Source: Monocercomonoides exilis PA203 (taxonomy: Eukaryota; Protista; Preaxostyla). Taken from it: DNA of 64,000 nt. Where the stretch lies: contig LSRY02000003.1 of the NCBI GenBank assembly GCA_001643675.2, positions 2,484,434-2,548,433 of the forward strand, written 5' to 3'. Every line of letters starts with the position of its first letter. The stretch's first letter is position 1. Shown piece after piece: positions 25,891 through 39,210 of this stretch. A model generated the notes under the pieces. It made no database searches. It was given only the letters and a program-made list of their open reading frames with translations, and was not told where the DNA came from. Made by a program: the position numbers and the translations under genes.

Positions 25891-28658
25891 TTTCTTCATT
25901 TTCGGCTTCTGCTTCTGCTTCTGCTTCTGCAACTTCATCTGCATTTTGCTGATCACTCCTTCAATGTGATATCCATGATGGCCTTCTTTGAATGCTTCAG
26001 GATGCGCAGCAAAGACGAGCAACAGGAGACATCTTAGCAATCCCAGAGGTACAAGAGCGAGTAGCCTCTTCACGTTCCAATTTTTCAGTGTGTTCTCATT
26101 CAATTCTCGCACATCAACCAAAAATTTGGAGGAAATTTCAGATGAGATGAAAGTTGATGAAGACGAAATCGAAGACGATGATGATGATAACGAAGGAAAA
26201 GAAGAAGAAGAAGAGAAAGAGGAAGAGGAAACAAAAGAAGAAAGAGATGATAAGGGCTTGGGGAAAGACACACACAACAAAGTATTCCCATATCCTCAGA
26301 AGCCAAAGGAACATACAAAAGCAGTTTAAAAATATGACTGGGGATGAATTATGCGACACATTTGGCGAGCCTGAAAAGTTGCCTGGGTCATTTTGTGAGG
26401 AAGAAACGCTACCTCTTCTGCAGCCATTGGGAGAACAGAGGGAAGAAGGTGGGGAAGGGAAGAGAGGAGCAGCAAAACATCGTCTTCTTGGTAGGCATAA
26501 TGGCATTCGAAATTTTGGGAAAGGGGACGAGAAGGAGAAGAAGGATGATGCTCGCTCATCACAACCACAATCTCATTTTCCTTCAGATTCCCTCCATTCA
26601 CCCACTTCTCCTCCTCATTCCTCACCATCTTCTCCTTTTTCACCATCTTCACCATTATCTGCTTCAATTTCATTGAATATTGGGAGTCAGCCTCATTTTG
26701 AACATCCAAGTAGCAGTACTTCTGTTGTGATTCAACAAGAAGAATGCAAACAAATTCCTCTATCGTCGTCGTCGTCGTCATCTTCTTCTTCTTCTTCATC
26801 ATCATATGATCTCGAATTCGAGTAATTGTGGTTGTGATTGCAATTGTTTCTGTCTGACAGCACACAATTTGAGACTGTCTACCACACGCCGATTCTGTCG
26901 AAGATCCCCCTTTTGGAGCACTTGTGAAGGATCTGATTGCTCATATGTGCAGATGCCTTCTCCTCCTCCGCACTCTTCAGATGCACTGCCTCTTCCTCCT
27001 CTTCATCTTCTTCGCTTTTATTTTCCTCAGCATTTTCATCACCATTATGAATATCTTCATTTTCTCCTCCATCAACATCATCTTCAATCACAGTCTGTTT
27101 CATGTCTCCATTCGGATGATTATCTTCGTTTGACTCAGCCACATCAAAATGTTTGCTGTTTGATGAGCAATGTTGATTTTTTGGGAGAGTTGAGAAATGA
27201 AAAAGAAAATGGATCAAAAGGAGATGAGAAAGAAATGAGCAGAGAAATAGCAGAAGAGCAATTCAAATGTGAAGAAGGAAAAGAAGAAGAAGAAGAAGAA
27301 TATTCAGAGAAGAGGAGGGAGAAGGAGAAAATTGGATTGATGATTGATGATTGGACTGTGAAGGAGGAAAGGGAAAAACAGAAACGGAAATATTGATTGT
27401 ATTTCTTTGAAATCTTCATTTTCTTCTTTCTTTCTTCTTTCTCGTCCAATTTATCTCCAACTTCAACATCAAAAGAAGCAAGATTATCTTCAATGCCTTC
27501 TTTTCTTCTTTCTTTCTTTCTTCTTCTTCTTCTTCTGTTTCATGTTCTTCTTCACTGCTTTCTGCATCCTCGTCCGATTCATTCACTCAAACAATCCAAT
27601 CTTCCTCTGCCTTTGGGCTATATTACACCTATTTCTCTTCTTTGCCTCTTCTTCACCTTCTTCTTTGTCTTCTTCTTCGCCTTTTTTTCATTCTTCACCT
27701 TTTTCTTCACCTTCTGCATTGTTTTTGCAATATTCATCTCACTTCCTTCTCGGTCAGCAATCGACCTTCTGATGCATCCATTCATCCAAATCAGCAGAGA
27801 TGCTTAATTTAACAGAAAATTGCTTCATTTTCTTCCCTTCATCTCGACTGATCAATTGTTGAGCTCATCTTATTTCATTTTTCATTCATTATTCTCATGA
27901 TGAAAAAAGGCTTTTTGGACGAATTGATTTCATTTCGTTTTATCTTCTTTGTCTTCTTCAACTTGTTAATCGATGATCAACAAAAATTGTAACATTTTTT
28001 ACGTTTCATTCAACAACTCTCAGATTGGATAATTTCTTTTGCGTTTTCAAATTGAAGCTGAAGGCAAAATATGCTATTTTACTCTCACATAATATCAACC
28101 AAAATGAAAACGTCAATGAAATGGATGTTATTTTTAGCTGTCAAAATCGGAGCAGAAGGCATGCAACAGAAAACGGAGATCGAATCTTATTTTTTAATTC
28201 GGAAACTGAAGCATTTGAAATGTTTTTTTAAATTTATTATTTTTCCTGTTTTTGTTTTTATTTTTTGTTTAAAACAGAATATGATTTCATAAACAATTTT
28301 CTATAAGAATTATTTTTAATGATGAAATAATAAGATATATCACAAAATGGTGTAAAATTAGGAAATAAAAAATGTTTTATAAAAATATACTCCAAATAAA
28401 AAAAAAACATAAAAAATACTGTTTGAAACATAATTTGTTAATAATTCCTTGTTAAAATAAAATCCAAAAGTTTTTCTTTTCTTTTCTTGTTTTCTAAATA
28501 ATAACATCCCATATTTGATTGAAATTTTCTAAAAATCTCATGTTTGAAGAAAAGAAGGGATCCCCCTTTTCTGTATAGTTTGCTTCGTTGAAGTAACAGT
28601 ATTTTATTTAGTTATATTAAGCTTTGTCCCAGCTCAAAAAATCCAATTACAGCCTTTT

Positions 28659-29153
28659 ATGCTTTCTGGTCCTGTTGGCTCTTTCAATCCATCTCCTTCG
28701 GAACCACCAACACCGGATCCATTTCGCGAAACTGTTATTGAAAAGCTCCATGGTGTTTCAAAAAAGCAAAAAGTTGAATTTGAGCATTTTCCTGGAGATG
28801 ATATTCCTTTGAGTGATGATGAAAAAGAAGAAGTATTATTATCAATTTCAGATCTTCCATACACCTTGTTCGAAAAAGTGATTGAGTTTTTAGAGTTGGC
28901 TGCACCTGGAGTTGCCAAACCCGGGCCAGAAAATTTTATTGATTTTGAAATCGAAGACATGCCGCCTGTTGTTCAGAGGAATCTACAGCGATTATCAATT
29001 CTTTGTAGGCTTATTTATGAAGAGACAAGACAAGACTTGAACGCTATATCCACCACAGTTGAAGCCTGGACAAATGGCATTGCGATGGATCGCAGGAGAC
29101 CTCAACCTCGAAAACCTGCTCCAAAGCCAAAAAATAAAAAGAAGAAAAAATGA
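28659..29153 (+). CDS. Small protein with a BET-type extra-terminal (ET/NET) domain and a basic C-terminal NLS-like tail; a short upstream exon is possible (ATG at 28540)
   Basis: PLSDDEKEEVLLSISDLPYTLFEKVIEFLELAAP...FIDFEIEDMPPVVQRNLQRL fits the ET pattern EK..L...I..Lp...L..v+.+I......eieiD+d.+....lr.L. C-terminus RKPAPKPKNKKKKK. Confidence 0.6.
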   Translation: MLSGPVGSFNPSPSEPPTPDPFRETVIEKLHGVSKKQKVEFEHFPGDDIPLSDDEKEEVLLSISDLPYTLFEKVIEFLELAAPGVAKPGPENFIDFEIEDMPPVVQRNLQRLSILCRLIYEETRQDLNAISTTVEAWTNGIAMDRRRPQPRKPAPKPKNKKKKK

Positions 29154-29421
29154 AGAGTTAAAAATTTTAAAGTTTTGATTTTGTTGTATTATATTATAAA
29201 CATAAAAGAAAAAAAAATATCGATAGAAATGGCACACTTTTTGAATGATTATGTATTTAAATTCTTTTTTTTTGAAAATGTGACAAGAGGAATTTTGATA
29301 AAAAGAAAATAAAATTCAAGTGAACGAACAATCAATTAAACAATAAAATAGTATAAAAAATCTTCACGATTTGAAACGCAAATCAAACAATAACAAAGAA
29401 GAACATGAAGAAAAATAAAGT

Positions 29422-32400
29422 TCATTTACTCACAACTTCCACTAACTCTGGCAAGCTCTCGGTGAAGCTGCCAGTTGACGATTTGAAATTGATTTCAATT
29501 TCAAACACCTCAACTTTGACAGCAACGCTTGCAGATTTGGACGCCGTTTTGATTTTGTCTGTTTCCACAGCATAAACATAAGCTCTTTCAGTGCATTCAT
29601 ACATGCGGCAGGGAACGATATGAACAGGAAAGCTGATTTCTGCATAGTGTCTCTTTGAAGCCTTGCTCGAAGCAGCAGCACTTTTGGCCCGCTGCGTAGT
29701 GAAAGGGGAAATTCCTATCGCAAACTTTCGCACAGGAAGAAAGATCAGATCGCTGTTTGTTGTCCACAGCGACACGACAGTTGAAGAAGAGAGCATCGAA
29801 GTGAGAGGGAGACGGACAGGGATTGTGGTGCCCAGAGTGCAGAACGATGAGGTTGAAGGAGATGGAATAGAAGATGAAGCAGAAGAAGCAGATGCAGAAG
29901 AAGATTGAGCAGAACTGGCCTTGCCTGAGAGGAAGAAGAAGCTACGGCGGAAGGGGATGTCGATCAAGAAGCGACGAGTCGGCTGCAACGAGGCACAGTT
30001 CATATCAACCAAATAGGCACCAACAAGTTTTGTGTTGTGCGAATCGCTTTCTTTTTGTGAAAGAGCAGCTGAATCAGCGTCATATGGCGAAGGAAGAGAA
30101 GAAGGTTGGGCGTTTAACATTCGTCCAGTTGGAACATAATTTGAATTGGAGACGAGGTGGACGAGTGTCAACAAGGCTGTCTGTCTGAACGGAAGCAGAG
30201 CGCTGCATTTGGCTGCAAAACGAACAGAAGGCAGGCTGCCGTCAACACCACCAAACAGCATCAGCGACTGCAGAAGCGGAGCGAAACGGTCTGCACACGT
30301 CTCAAACGATGCAGAAGAAAAGCGCTGGGTGACTTCTTCGCCACCGCTTAGGAAAGATTCCGGCGGCAAATCAACGTGAACAGCTTCCCCAACAGCGACA
30401 GACTGGTCCAGCTCAATTGCAGGGGTGACAGACACAACCACCTCCCATATTTCATACAGCGATGCACCAAGCTCGTCGTTGAACAGCGCCAGGCAGAACG
30501 AATAGGGCTTTCTGCGGGGCAGCTGCTGTGTGTTGCTCGGGAGCGTTGCAAAGAGTTGGATGATCTGAGTGAATGAATGCGTCTTTGTGGAAGGTGCAGA
30601 ACCAGCTTCTTGTTCGTCTGCTGCTTCTGCTGCTGAATCTGAAGGTGATTTGAAATATGTCCCGTCTTCAATCCGTGAGCGTGTTGTGGTTGCCATGTCC
30701 ACATGAGAAACTCCGCGTATGTCAAAATCGCTTCGACACAAAACAACTTTTTTGATGAACGCTGTCTGCCGAAGAAGCAAAGACTGATCACTTTGTGCAT
30801 CTTTTGACTGAAGAGAAGAATTCTGCTTCTTCAATGGCTGCTTGCCAAACGTGAAGGAGGCCGCAGTGTGTGATGAGAGCGACATTTCGTGCTCGCTGAT
30901 GAATGCCACATCGTTCGCTGCATGAAACAGCGATACCGGAGAAAACGACGTTGAGTCAGAAAGAGGAAACACAAACGCCAAGTTCATCGGCTCTCCTTCT
31001 TTCACAAAGACGTGGAATGTCCTGTCGATGTGGTGAGCCAGCGGACAAACCAGCACGTCGCATATCGAATGCAGCAGAGGCGCCTGTTGAGTAGCCACAG
31101 GAGTTGACTGCTCTTCCTCACCTACCAATGGCTCAGGCTGCTCGTCATTCGCGTCAGGGCGTAGCATCGTTGGCGGAAGAGACACCATTTTGAGGCGAAT
31201 GATACGCGACTCGATGGGACGAGAGAGCGAGACAGGCGCACCGAACGGATGGCGATGGTGGATCAGAGGGGATTCCTCGCCTATAAACAGCTCTTCTTCT
31301 TCGTCGGTGGCAGCAGATGAACGAGTAAGACAGATGGAGCCAGGAGAAACTGAGGATGAACGAACAATGCTTTGCTGGCTGCTTTGGTAAGGTGAAAGCG
31401 AGAGAGACGGTCCAGCTGAAAGAGAACGCATCGACATTGGCATTGCAGACGAGACAGAAGGAGAAGCAGACTGCTGCAAAGAATTCGAATAAAACGGAGA
31501 GGAAGGTGGAAGAGCAGACGATGTGATGCAGCGGCTGATGAGCATCTGCTGCAGTGAAATCGGGTTTTGAATCAGAACATCGTCTCCGTGCCTTCCTTTC
31601 CTCAGCAGCCTCATCCGATTCGCATCTCTTCCACCCCAACTGAGCAGGTCTTGTTGGATGCTACCATCTGCCGTCCTCTTCAGCCTCGACACAGTCGTCT
31701 GCGGCGTCTGATAGAGTGGACGTGAAAAGCGCGAGAACTGGTTTTCCATCTGCAGCGCCTTCTGATCTCTCTCCATCATCATCCGCTCAAGTTCTCTTCT
31801 TCGTGCCTCTTCTCTCTCTCTCCACTGCTGCTCTTCATCTGCAGCACGCCTCGCTGCTTCATCTGCTTCGTCTTCTTCGCCAAATCTGATCGTGCCCCAT
31901 CGCCATGACCTTCTCAGCACTTCCTCTGCTTCATCAGCATATCCATCATCAGAACTCCTTCCTCCACACAGCAATCTCTTTCTCGCCTGTAACAGCTCCT
32001 CTTCTCTTATCCCATCCCCTGTCCATCCTCTGATATTCCCGCATAAGAACGACTGGCAAATGAATCCAGCGTATCTCGTCTCGCCCGGCGGCACTTCGAC
32101 AACAAGAGTGAAAGGAGTGACAGAAGAAGAGAGCACAGCAGCTGCTGGATGAAGTGTGGTTTGGAGAGAAGAAGAAGAAGAAGAGGAAGAAGTGAAGGAG
32201 GTTGAGGGAAGAGCAGATGGATCGATGCGAAGTGAGCTGTGTGGATGGATGGATGACTGCGAAGTGGAAGAAGAAGAAGAAGAAGGAGAAGGAGAAGGAG
32301 AAGAAGTTGTTGTTGTTGTTAAAGAAGATGATGATGAAGAGATGGTGTGGTGTTTAAGCTGATATTCCTGAAGAGGACTCGACGAAAGAATGGGAGTGGA

Positions 32401-35400
32401 TGTGATTTCTGGGAAGACAAACGAGTTTTGCTTTCCATTTGCAGAAGAAGAAGAAGAAGAAGACGAAACAGAAGCTGTTTGAGGGAAGAAGAGAGATTTG
32501 AAGTATTTGTGATATTCGTCTGTGAGTGGAATAATCTCGTCTTCCACTTCGTATTCTGCTGCCATTCCCAATGGATCTTCAAACAGCTCTTCGTATTCGT
32601 CTGAAATGTCATTCGTTTCATTCAGTTGAATGCTCATTCCTGTTTCATTTCTCATCCCCATCTCCTGTCTTCTCTGTGAACTGCATGCTTTCCTTATTCG
32701 TGTGGCTGTTATGCCGACAAACATTGTTTCTTCGGTTGTGTTCGCAATTGGCACCTCAAAAAAGACAGGAGAGCCGAAAGAAGGGAAGATCGCACGGGTG
32801 GAGGAGAAGTGGTGGAGGTTGAGGCGCTGAAGAAGACGCCTTTTGGACTGAAAAATAAGAAATAAAAAGTAATTTAAATAAATAAAATAAAAATAAGAAT
32901 GAATAATTTTCATTTAACAACAAACTTCTTCTCTTTCCTTTCTGCTGACAATGGATTCTTCTGTCTGCTTCTTCACCATTCCTCTCATCTCCACTCCATT
33001 TCGATCCATTTGTGCTGCTCTGCTAACAGTTCCTGCTGACATTCCCAGCAATTCCTGTTTCTTTCTGTTCTTTTCCTTCTCCTTCTCTTCTCTTCTTCTC
33101 ATGTCAAACATGAAATCTTCTCCAACAACACCGTTTCGCCCGTCTGTTGCCTCAATCGAAGACAGATGATGATTTCTCTTCAGAAGAATTCCTCCTTTTG
33201 CTGATGTTGTTGAGAGAGAAGGAGGTTTGCTGGTTAATTGCGAAATGTTTGATTGTTCAGAAGAGAAGAAAGAGGAAGGAATGGAAGAAGAAGAAGAAGA
33301 AGATAAAGATAAAGGAGCAGAAGAAGAGGTGGAGAAAGAGGAAGAGGAAGAAGAAATGATGCTTGTTGGTTTGTCTCCTCTGAGCATCATTTCATTCAAA
33401 ACGATGTTTTGCCACAAAATTGAATCATTTGCTGATTGTTGAGTGGATTTTGCTGTTCCATTTTGTATTCTTCCTCTTGTTTGTTCTCTTTCTCTTTGAG
33501 AGATAGAAAGAGAATGAGAAAGAGGACGAGAAGAAGATAAAGAAATAGAAGAAGAAGAAGAGGAAGAAGAAGGAAGAGCTGATAGATTTGGAGAGAAAAC
33601 AGTTCTTTTGTGTGAGACAGACAATGATAGAGTGCCCAAATTGAGTGAAAAAGGCGCTTTTGAATGGGAAAGGAAATGAGAAGAGAGGAAAAACGTGTTG
33701 ATGAAAGGAGAAGGTGTGGAGTCGGAGGCAAAATGAGAAGAAGTTGAAGAAGAAGAAGTGAAAGTGGAGACGAAAGTTGTGTTGGCTGACGAAGGGAAAG
33801 GCGGAGGAGGTTGCTGAGAAGAGGCAGAGGGGATGACAAGAGGAGCATAGATTGAGAGAGAGAGGGTTTTGGAGTCTGTTCCTAAATATTATGAAGAAAA
33901 AATATTTAATTGAAGGAAAATAAAAGAGAGAGAAAAATAAAGATTATAAAAATGAATGAAATAATTCGTCAAACAATGAAAGAGAGAAAGAGAGAAAGAA
34001 ATAAAAAGATATTTATATTCAAACCATTGGTGATTCCTGTGAGTGCTGAGAGCGGCAGAAAAGCGTGTCCGAAGAGCTGTTGCGTCTGCTCGTCCCAAAT
34101 ATCAATTTGAAGATGGCGTTCATTCAACGTCTCAAACAAAGTGGAAGAGGTCGAAGGAGAAGTAGGATGAGGATGGCTTTGCAGGCGGAAGGGTACGAGG
34201 CGGAGGAAGTCGGAGACGGAGAAGGAGGAAGGAAGAGGAGATATGGAAGAAGAGGAGAGAGAAGAGGAAGAGAATGAAGAGAATGAAGAAGAAGAAGATG
34301 ATGAGGAGGAGGAAGAAGAAGAAGTGAAGAGCGAAACAGGATCAGGAAACGAAAACAGGAGTGGAAGTGGAACTGAAACGGAGATGGAAAGAGGATTGTT
34401 CTGATACGACGTGATGTGATAAGTCAGCTGGTTGGCATTCTCCAGCTTGAATAATTCTTCTTCCTCGTCTTCTTCTCCTTCTCCCTCTTCATTCTGCCCT
34501 CTCCCCACAATCCCCATCTCCCTCCTTCTCCTCCTCTCCATCTCTTTCTCCCTCTTCTCTCTCTGAATCGCCCTCTTTTTCCTCTCCACTTCTGTCTCCA
34601 CATAGCCAGGCGGTGTGTAACAGCGAGGCAGCGCAAACATTTGGAAGGAGAAGAAAGGTCTTCTTGGCATCTCCACCAGATGAGAAGAAGAAAGTTCATC
34701 TAAAACCAACGGAGAATCACTCAATTCGTTCACAAAGGGTGACATTTCTGCTGTTTGAGACGGCTGAATAGGCTGTTGCGGCTGCTCTTGTGCTGCCAGA
34801 ATGCTTCTCAACGTCTTTTCACTAGGCCATTTTTGAGTGAAAGACAAGAAAGTGAAGGTGAACTCGCTGCAGAGATGGTCTTCTGGCTCGTCAGTTCGGG
34901 TACTTCTGAGAAGAACTTTGGGAAGAGGGGCGATGGGAACAAGGGGAAGCTGCGGGAGAGGAGGAGGGGCAATGTAGATGGGATCGGTGGAGGGAGGTGG
35001 CTGGATATGAAATGAGGAAAGAAAACAATAAAAAAGAATATTTTTTGAAAGGCAAATAAGTTATTGCGAAAAATATTATTGATAAATAAGCAAACCTCAC
35101 TCACAACTCTTTTCACCTGCATTGCTGGTTTGTGCTTCGGTGATAGTGGAATAGGTGTCTCATCTTCAGACTCACTCTCTGTTTCTGGCTGTTCTTCCGC
35201 TTTTGCTCTTTTCGTCGCTCTTCTCACGAACAGAAAAGGAGTCTTCACCCAAACAGGAAGAAGAGGAAACTGGCTTTCCGGCAGCACCAGTTCGAAGGAG
35301 ACGAGTGTTGGGAAGAATTGAGCGGAAGATTTTGGCTCAGGTATTTCGATGGGAGTGGGGTAGTGATATTCTGGTGGGAGAGGGTCAGGAGGAGGTGGGT

Positions 35401-38400
35401 CGTCTTCCTTCATGAAGAGGGCGGTGGAGGGTGTTAACACAGAAAAGGGGAAGATGGTTTCATCATCTGTGAATGGGATGGGAGAAGACAAAGCAGTTTT
35501 TGAAGGGTTTGTCGATTTCTCTGCGTTTGGGTCGTATTCTTTGAGAGACAGCCACGGAATGTCTGAACTTGTCATCAGCAGTTTTGTGGAAGAAGAAGTC
35601 GAAGCATTCAAACTCTCCTTTTTCGGCTCGATTATCTTCGGAGGAGGAGTTTGAATGCCACTTTTTGAGGCGCCGTGGGTGGGATCGAATATGAATTGGT
35701 GGGGAATACCTGAGAAGTTAAGAGGAGATTATTCAGAAAGATTGATAGAAAATAAATAGAAGGAAAATGAATAGAATACAAATATAGAATGAAATGAACA
35801 ATAATAATGATAAGATAAAATAGCTTTCATACCATCAAAATAATATCCAAGAATTGGCTTTGTATTCAACGTCAGTTTGGCCTCTTTCTTCTTCCAATTC
35901 CATTGCTTTTGAGCAGATGAAGCTTTTCCTTCACCTTCATCATCATCATCTTCTTCTTCACTTCCACCTCCATCTTTTCCTCTCTCTTTCTTCTTCTCTT
36001 CAGAACTAGACGCTGAATCCAATGAAAAAGAATAAGAAGAAGAAGTTGGATCATAATCCGCAGGGGGATTGAGAAGAGGGCATTTCAAAGTGATTAACGA
36101 TTGCAACTGCTTCATTCGCTTGTCTGTTGAAGCATCTGGCAATGATGTGCTGCTTGAAGATGAAGAAGAAGAAGAAGAAGAAGAGGAAGAGGAAGATGAG
36201 GAAGAAGATGAGGAAGAAGAACTCTTTTTGTTTGAGCTTCTTTTCGATTTCTTTCGCGAAAGTTTTCTTTTGCTTGGCTTGCTAAATGCTTCACTATCTT
36301 CATCGTCGTCGTCATCATCATCTTCTTCTTCATCACTTTCACCATCGTCACTTTCATCATCATCCTCCTCCTCATCATCATCGCTATCTCTCTTCTCCAT
36401 CTTCCTCGTCTCCTTCCTCTCTACCCTCTCTCTCTCTGAACTCGCCTCAAACGGCCTGAATTCCTTCCACCCGACACACACTTTCTTCTTCACCTTTTCT
36501 GGAATCATCACTTTTGGCGCCTCGTATTCAAATCTCCCTTCTTTCGAAGAGCAAAAAGAGCCGTCTGAAACAGGCGGGCGCGGAAGAGGGATCGGAATGA
36601 GCAGCTCAAATTCAACCAGAAAACACAAAGTCAAAAACGGGTGCGGATAGCAAAAGCGAACAAAAGATGTTTTTTTGGCTTTTGAAGGAGGCAAGTAATT
36701 GACAATGTTCATCTTTTTGCCGTCTTTGCGCTGCATCGAAGAAGCTTTGCCTTTCACAAGAGGAATCGAAAGAGGTTTTTCAGATAGCATTTTGTGAGTG
36801 TTGTGCACGAAGACATGGAGGGTGCGGGAGAGGATGGTGACAGACTGATCATCTGAGGGGAAAAATAAAATTTATAAACAAACAAACAAAAAAAAATAAA
36901 AAAAAGAAGTTTATGTGAATGAATTATTGAACACAATCACTTCAAAAGCACAAACCGTTGTCTATCCCATTCTCTGCCAGTCTGATGTAATTCACTTTTG
37001 TTCTGATCTGTTCTTCGAGTGATGCATCCATCTTCACACACACATTCTCCAATTTCAGTGTCAGCGGTACAACTTCAATCGGATTCGCCAGGCGATTTCC
37101 AAAGAAGAGCGGGCGCTGTGTCACAACTGCACGAAGAGTGCGATAACCAGAAGGGAAAAGAGAAAGAGAGAGGGTGGAGAAGCTGAAATCTTGGTTCCTC
37201 TCTTTCGTCTGCTCCTTCTCTGTGGTGCTGGGCTGCTCGCAGAAGTCGCTCCGCTCCCAAAAACTCTGATCCAGCCAGGATGAACCCAGAAAGGGAACAT
37301 ATTTTGATTTTGACAGATCTTCATTCTCAATCTCTTCACTCAGCGTTGCTTCTTCGTCTTCTTCTCCTTCTTCTCCTTCATCGTCGTCATCATCGCTTTC
37401 ATCCTCACCATCATCTTCTTCTTCGTCTTCATTACTGTCTTCTTCTTTGTCATCATCGTCGTCTTCGTCATCTTCGTCGCTTCCTTCATCAGAACTTCTT
37501 TTCCTCTTCGATTTCTTTCGCTTCAAATGAGAATTTGATCTTTTTATCTGCGCGCTCTTCTTCTTCCTCTTTTGAGCTGCTTTCTTATTTGCATTGCCTT
37601 TTGCTGTTTTCTGCTTTTGAATCTTTTCCTTTGTGAATGCGTCCATAATCCTCTGCTTCTCTCTCATTTCTTCTTCTTCTGATTCTTCCACAACTGATTT
37701 AATCAGATTCAATGTCCGCTCCAAAATCAGAACTTGAGGTGTTTTTTTGCTTTGGCGTGGCGCTTTCTCTTTCTTCTCTGTTTTTTTTTCTTTCAACTGG
37801 CTTGTCTTCATTTTCCCAGTTTTTTGGTTTTTAACTTGGCATTTTGATGAGAGCTTGACACTTTTTCGTTTTGGATTTCTGTCTTCTTCTGAATCTTCCA
37901 TGTTTTCAGCTCCGCTTTCATCAGCATTTTGTTCATCTGCTTTCTTTTTCTTTCTCGAAGGATCCAGTTCTACCAGCTCAGCTTCAATGAAGTCTTTTTG
38001 CTCGAGCAATTCTTTCTTCATCGTCTGCTTCAAAATCACTCGATGCGCTGGCGATATGACGCCAACCTGTGACAACGATGCATTACGCTCGTCGATGATC
38101 GCATACGATGGTAAAGCCTTACTGAGCTTTGTGAGCATCTTGTGCGGAACTAATGTGAAAGTTAGTTCTGATTCTTGCATTGGAAGGAGATTGGCTAAAA
38201 AAACAAAAGAAACAGTCATTTTTTGGATTATAATGCAAATTAGAAAAACAACAGACGTTGAACACTAAGATCTGTTTGTACAAATAGCACTCGTGGAGAA
38301 CCATATGACAACTATTTTTTCGTGAGGAATAATAGAATTATCAAACAAATCAAGAAAAAAAAATAATTGAGAACGAAAGAGAGACAGAGAGATCAAATTT

Positions 38401-38990
38401 TAGTTCAAACACCAACAGCTTCTTGAAATGGAAGCAATGATGATTTCTTGTAGTTGCTGAAGTCCGCTTCACTTTTTATGTGATCTTTTTGAATTGTGGT
38501 CCACCCAATTCCTGTTTCTCTGAAAACTCTGTTGTATTGGTCCAAAGCTTAATGAAAATCAAATATAGTTTTAAAAATTAGTTTCAAAATACAGTAATTA
38601 AATCGTAGGCACGCAGCATACCGACGAATGTTAATTCAATTATTATTTGAAAGGATATGTCATCTGCAATGAAAAACAAAATATCATTTGTTGTGCATTG
38701 GAAAACGTCAGTTTCAATTTCTTGGCGCTCGTGAAGTCTTCCTTCGTACGTACCTCCAAGGGCTGTCCTTGTAGTTGTGTTCAAAAAAGTGATGTTATAA
38801 CGATAAAAGCATGGACAATCGGTTATTCCTGATTTCTGTAAGTTGAAGCAAATTGATTATGAAATGCATAATTATTAATTAAAGCATACTATTTCTGGAT
38901 GCTCTCGAATTCGATCCAGTGAACGGAGAAACAGACAATATCCTTTCATTCAATTTTGAAAGATAATGTAATGGGCAGGTGGAAAAAATA
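29422..38990 (-). CDS. NPHP4: Nephrocystin-4-like ciliary transition-zone protein, multi-exon (5' end approximate)
   Basis: Successive minus-strand ORFs (38584..38784, 36942..38219, 35729..36808, 34808..35611, 33969..34847, 32914..33639, 29422..32913) are separated by short AT-rich introns. NPHP4-like motifs occur in the expected order: FFSFQMFALPRCYT, LQIDIWDEQTQQLFGHAFLPLSAL, IFPSFGSPVFFEVPIAN, HHIDRTFHVF, FCLALFNDELGASLYEIWEVVV. Recognised from memory of the family, not by search. Confidence 0.65.
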
Positions 38991-39210
38991 AAACAAATTT
39001 AATTCATGATGTATATCTCATTTACTCTTAAACTCTTCTTTGAAATCAAAAGGAAACATGAGAGAAATTGTTTTGCAATCCCGATACAAAAGTTTTTATA
39101 AATGAAAAATCAAATGAAGTTTTCGTGAATGTTATGAATGGTAAATAGATTGCTCAAATTATTAACTTGCTATTCAAAAATATTGATGTTTTCAATTTTA
39201 TTTCAAAACA

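Larger units (their letters stand above)
9255..28220. repeat. Large (~19 kb) imperfect inverted duplication (palindrome) with ~2 kb spacer at ~18.0-20.0 kb
   Basis: Mirror-image ORFs in the track: 11057..11425(+)/26138..26506(-) identical, 12272..12529/25034..25291 near identical, 13578..14603/23445..24758 related, 15797..17059/20978..22240 identical. Outer limits approximate. Confidence 0.9.
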
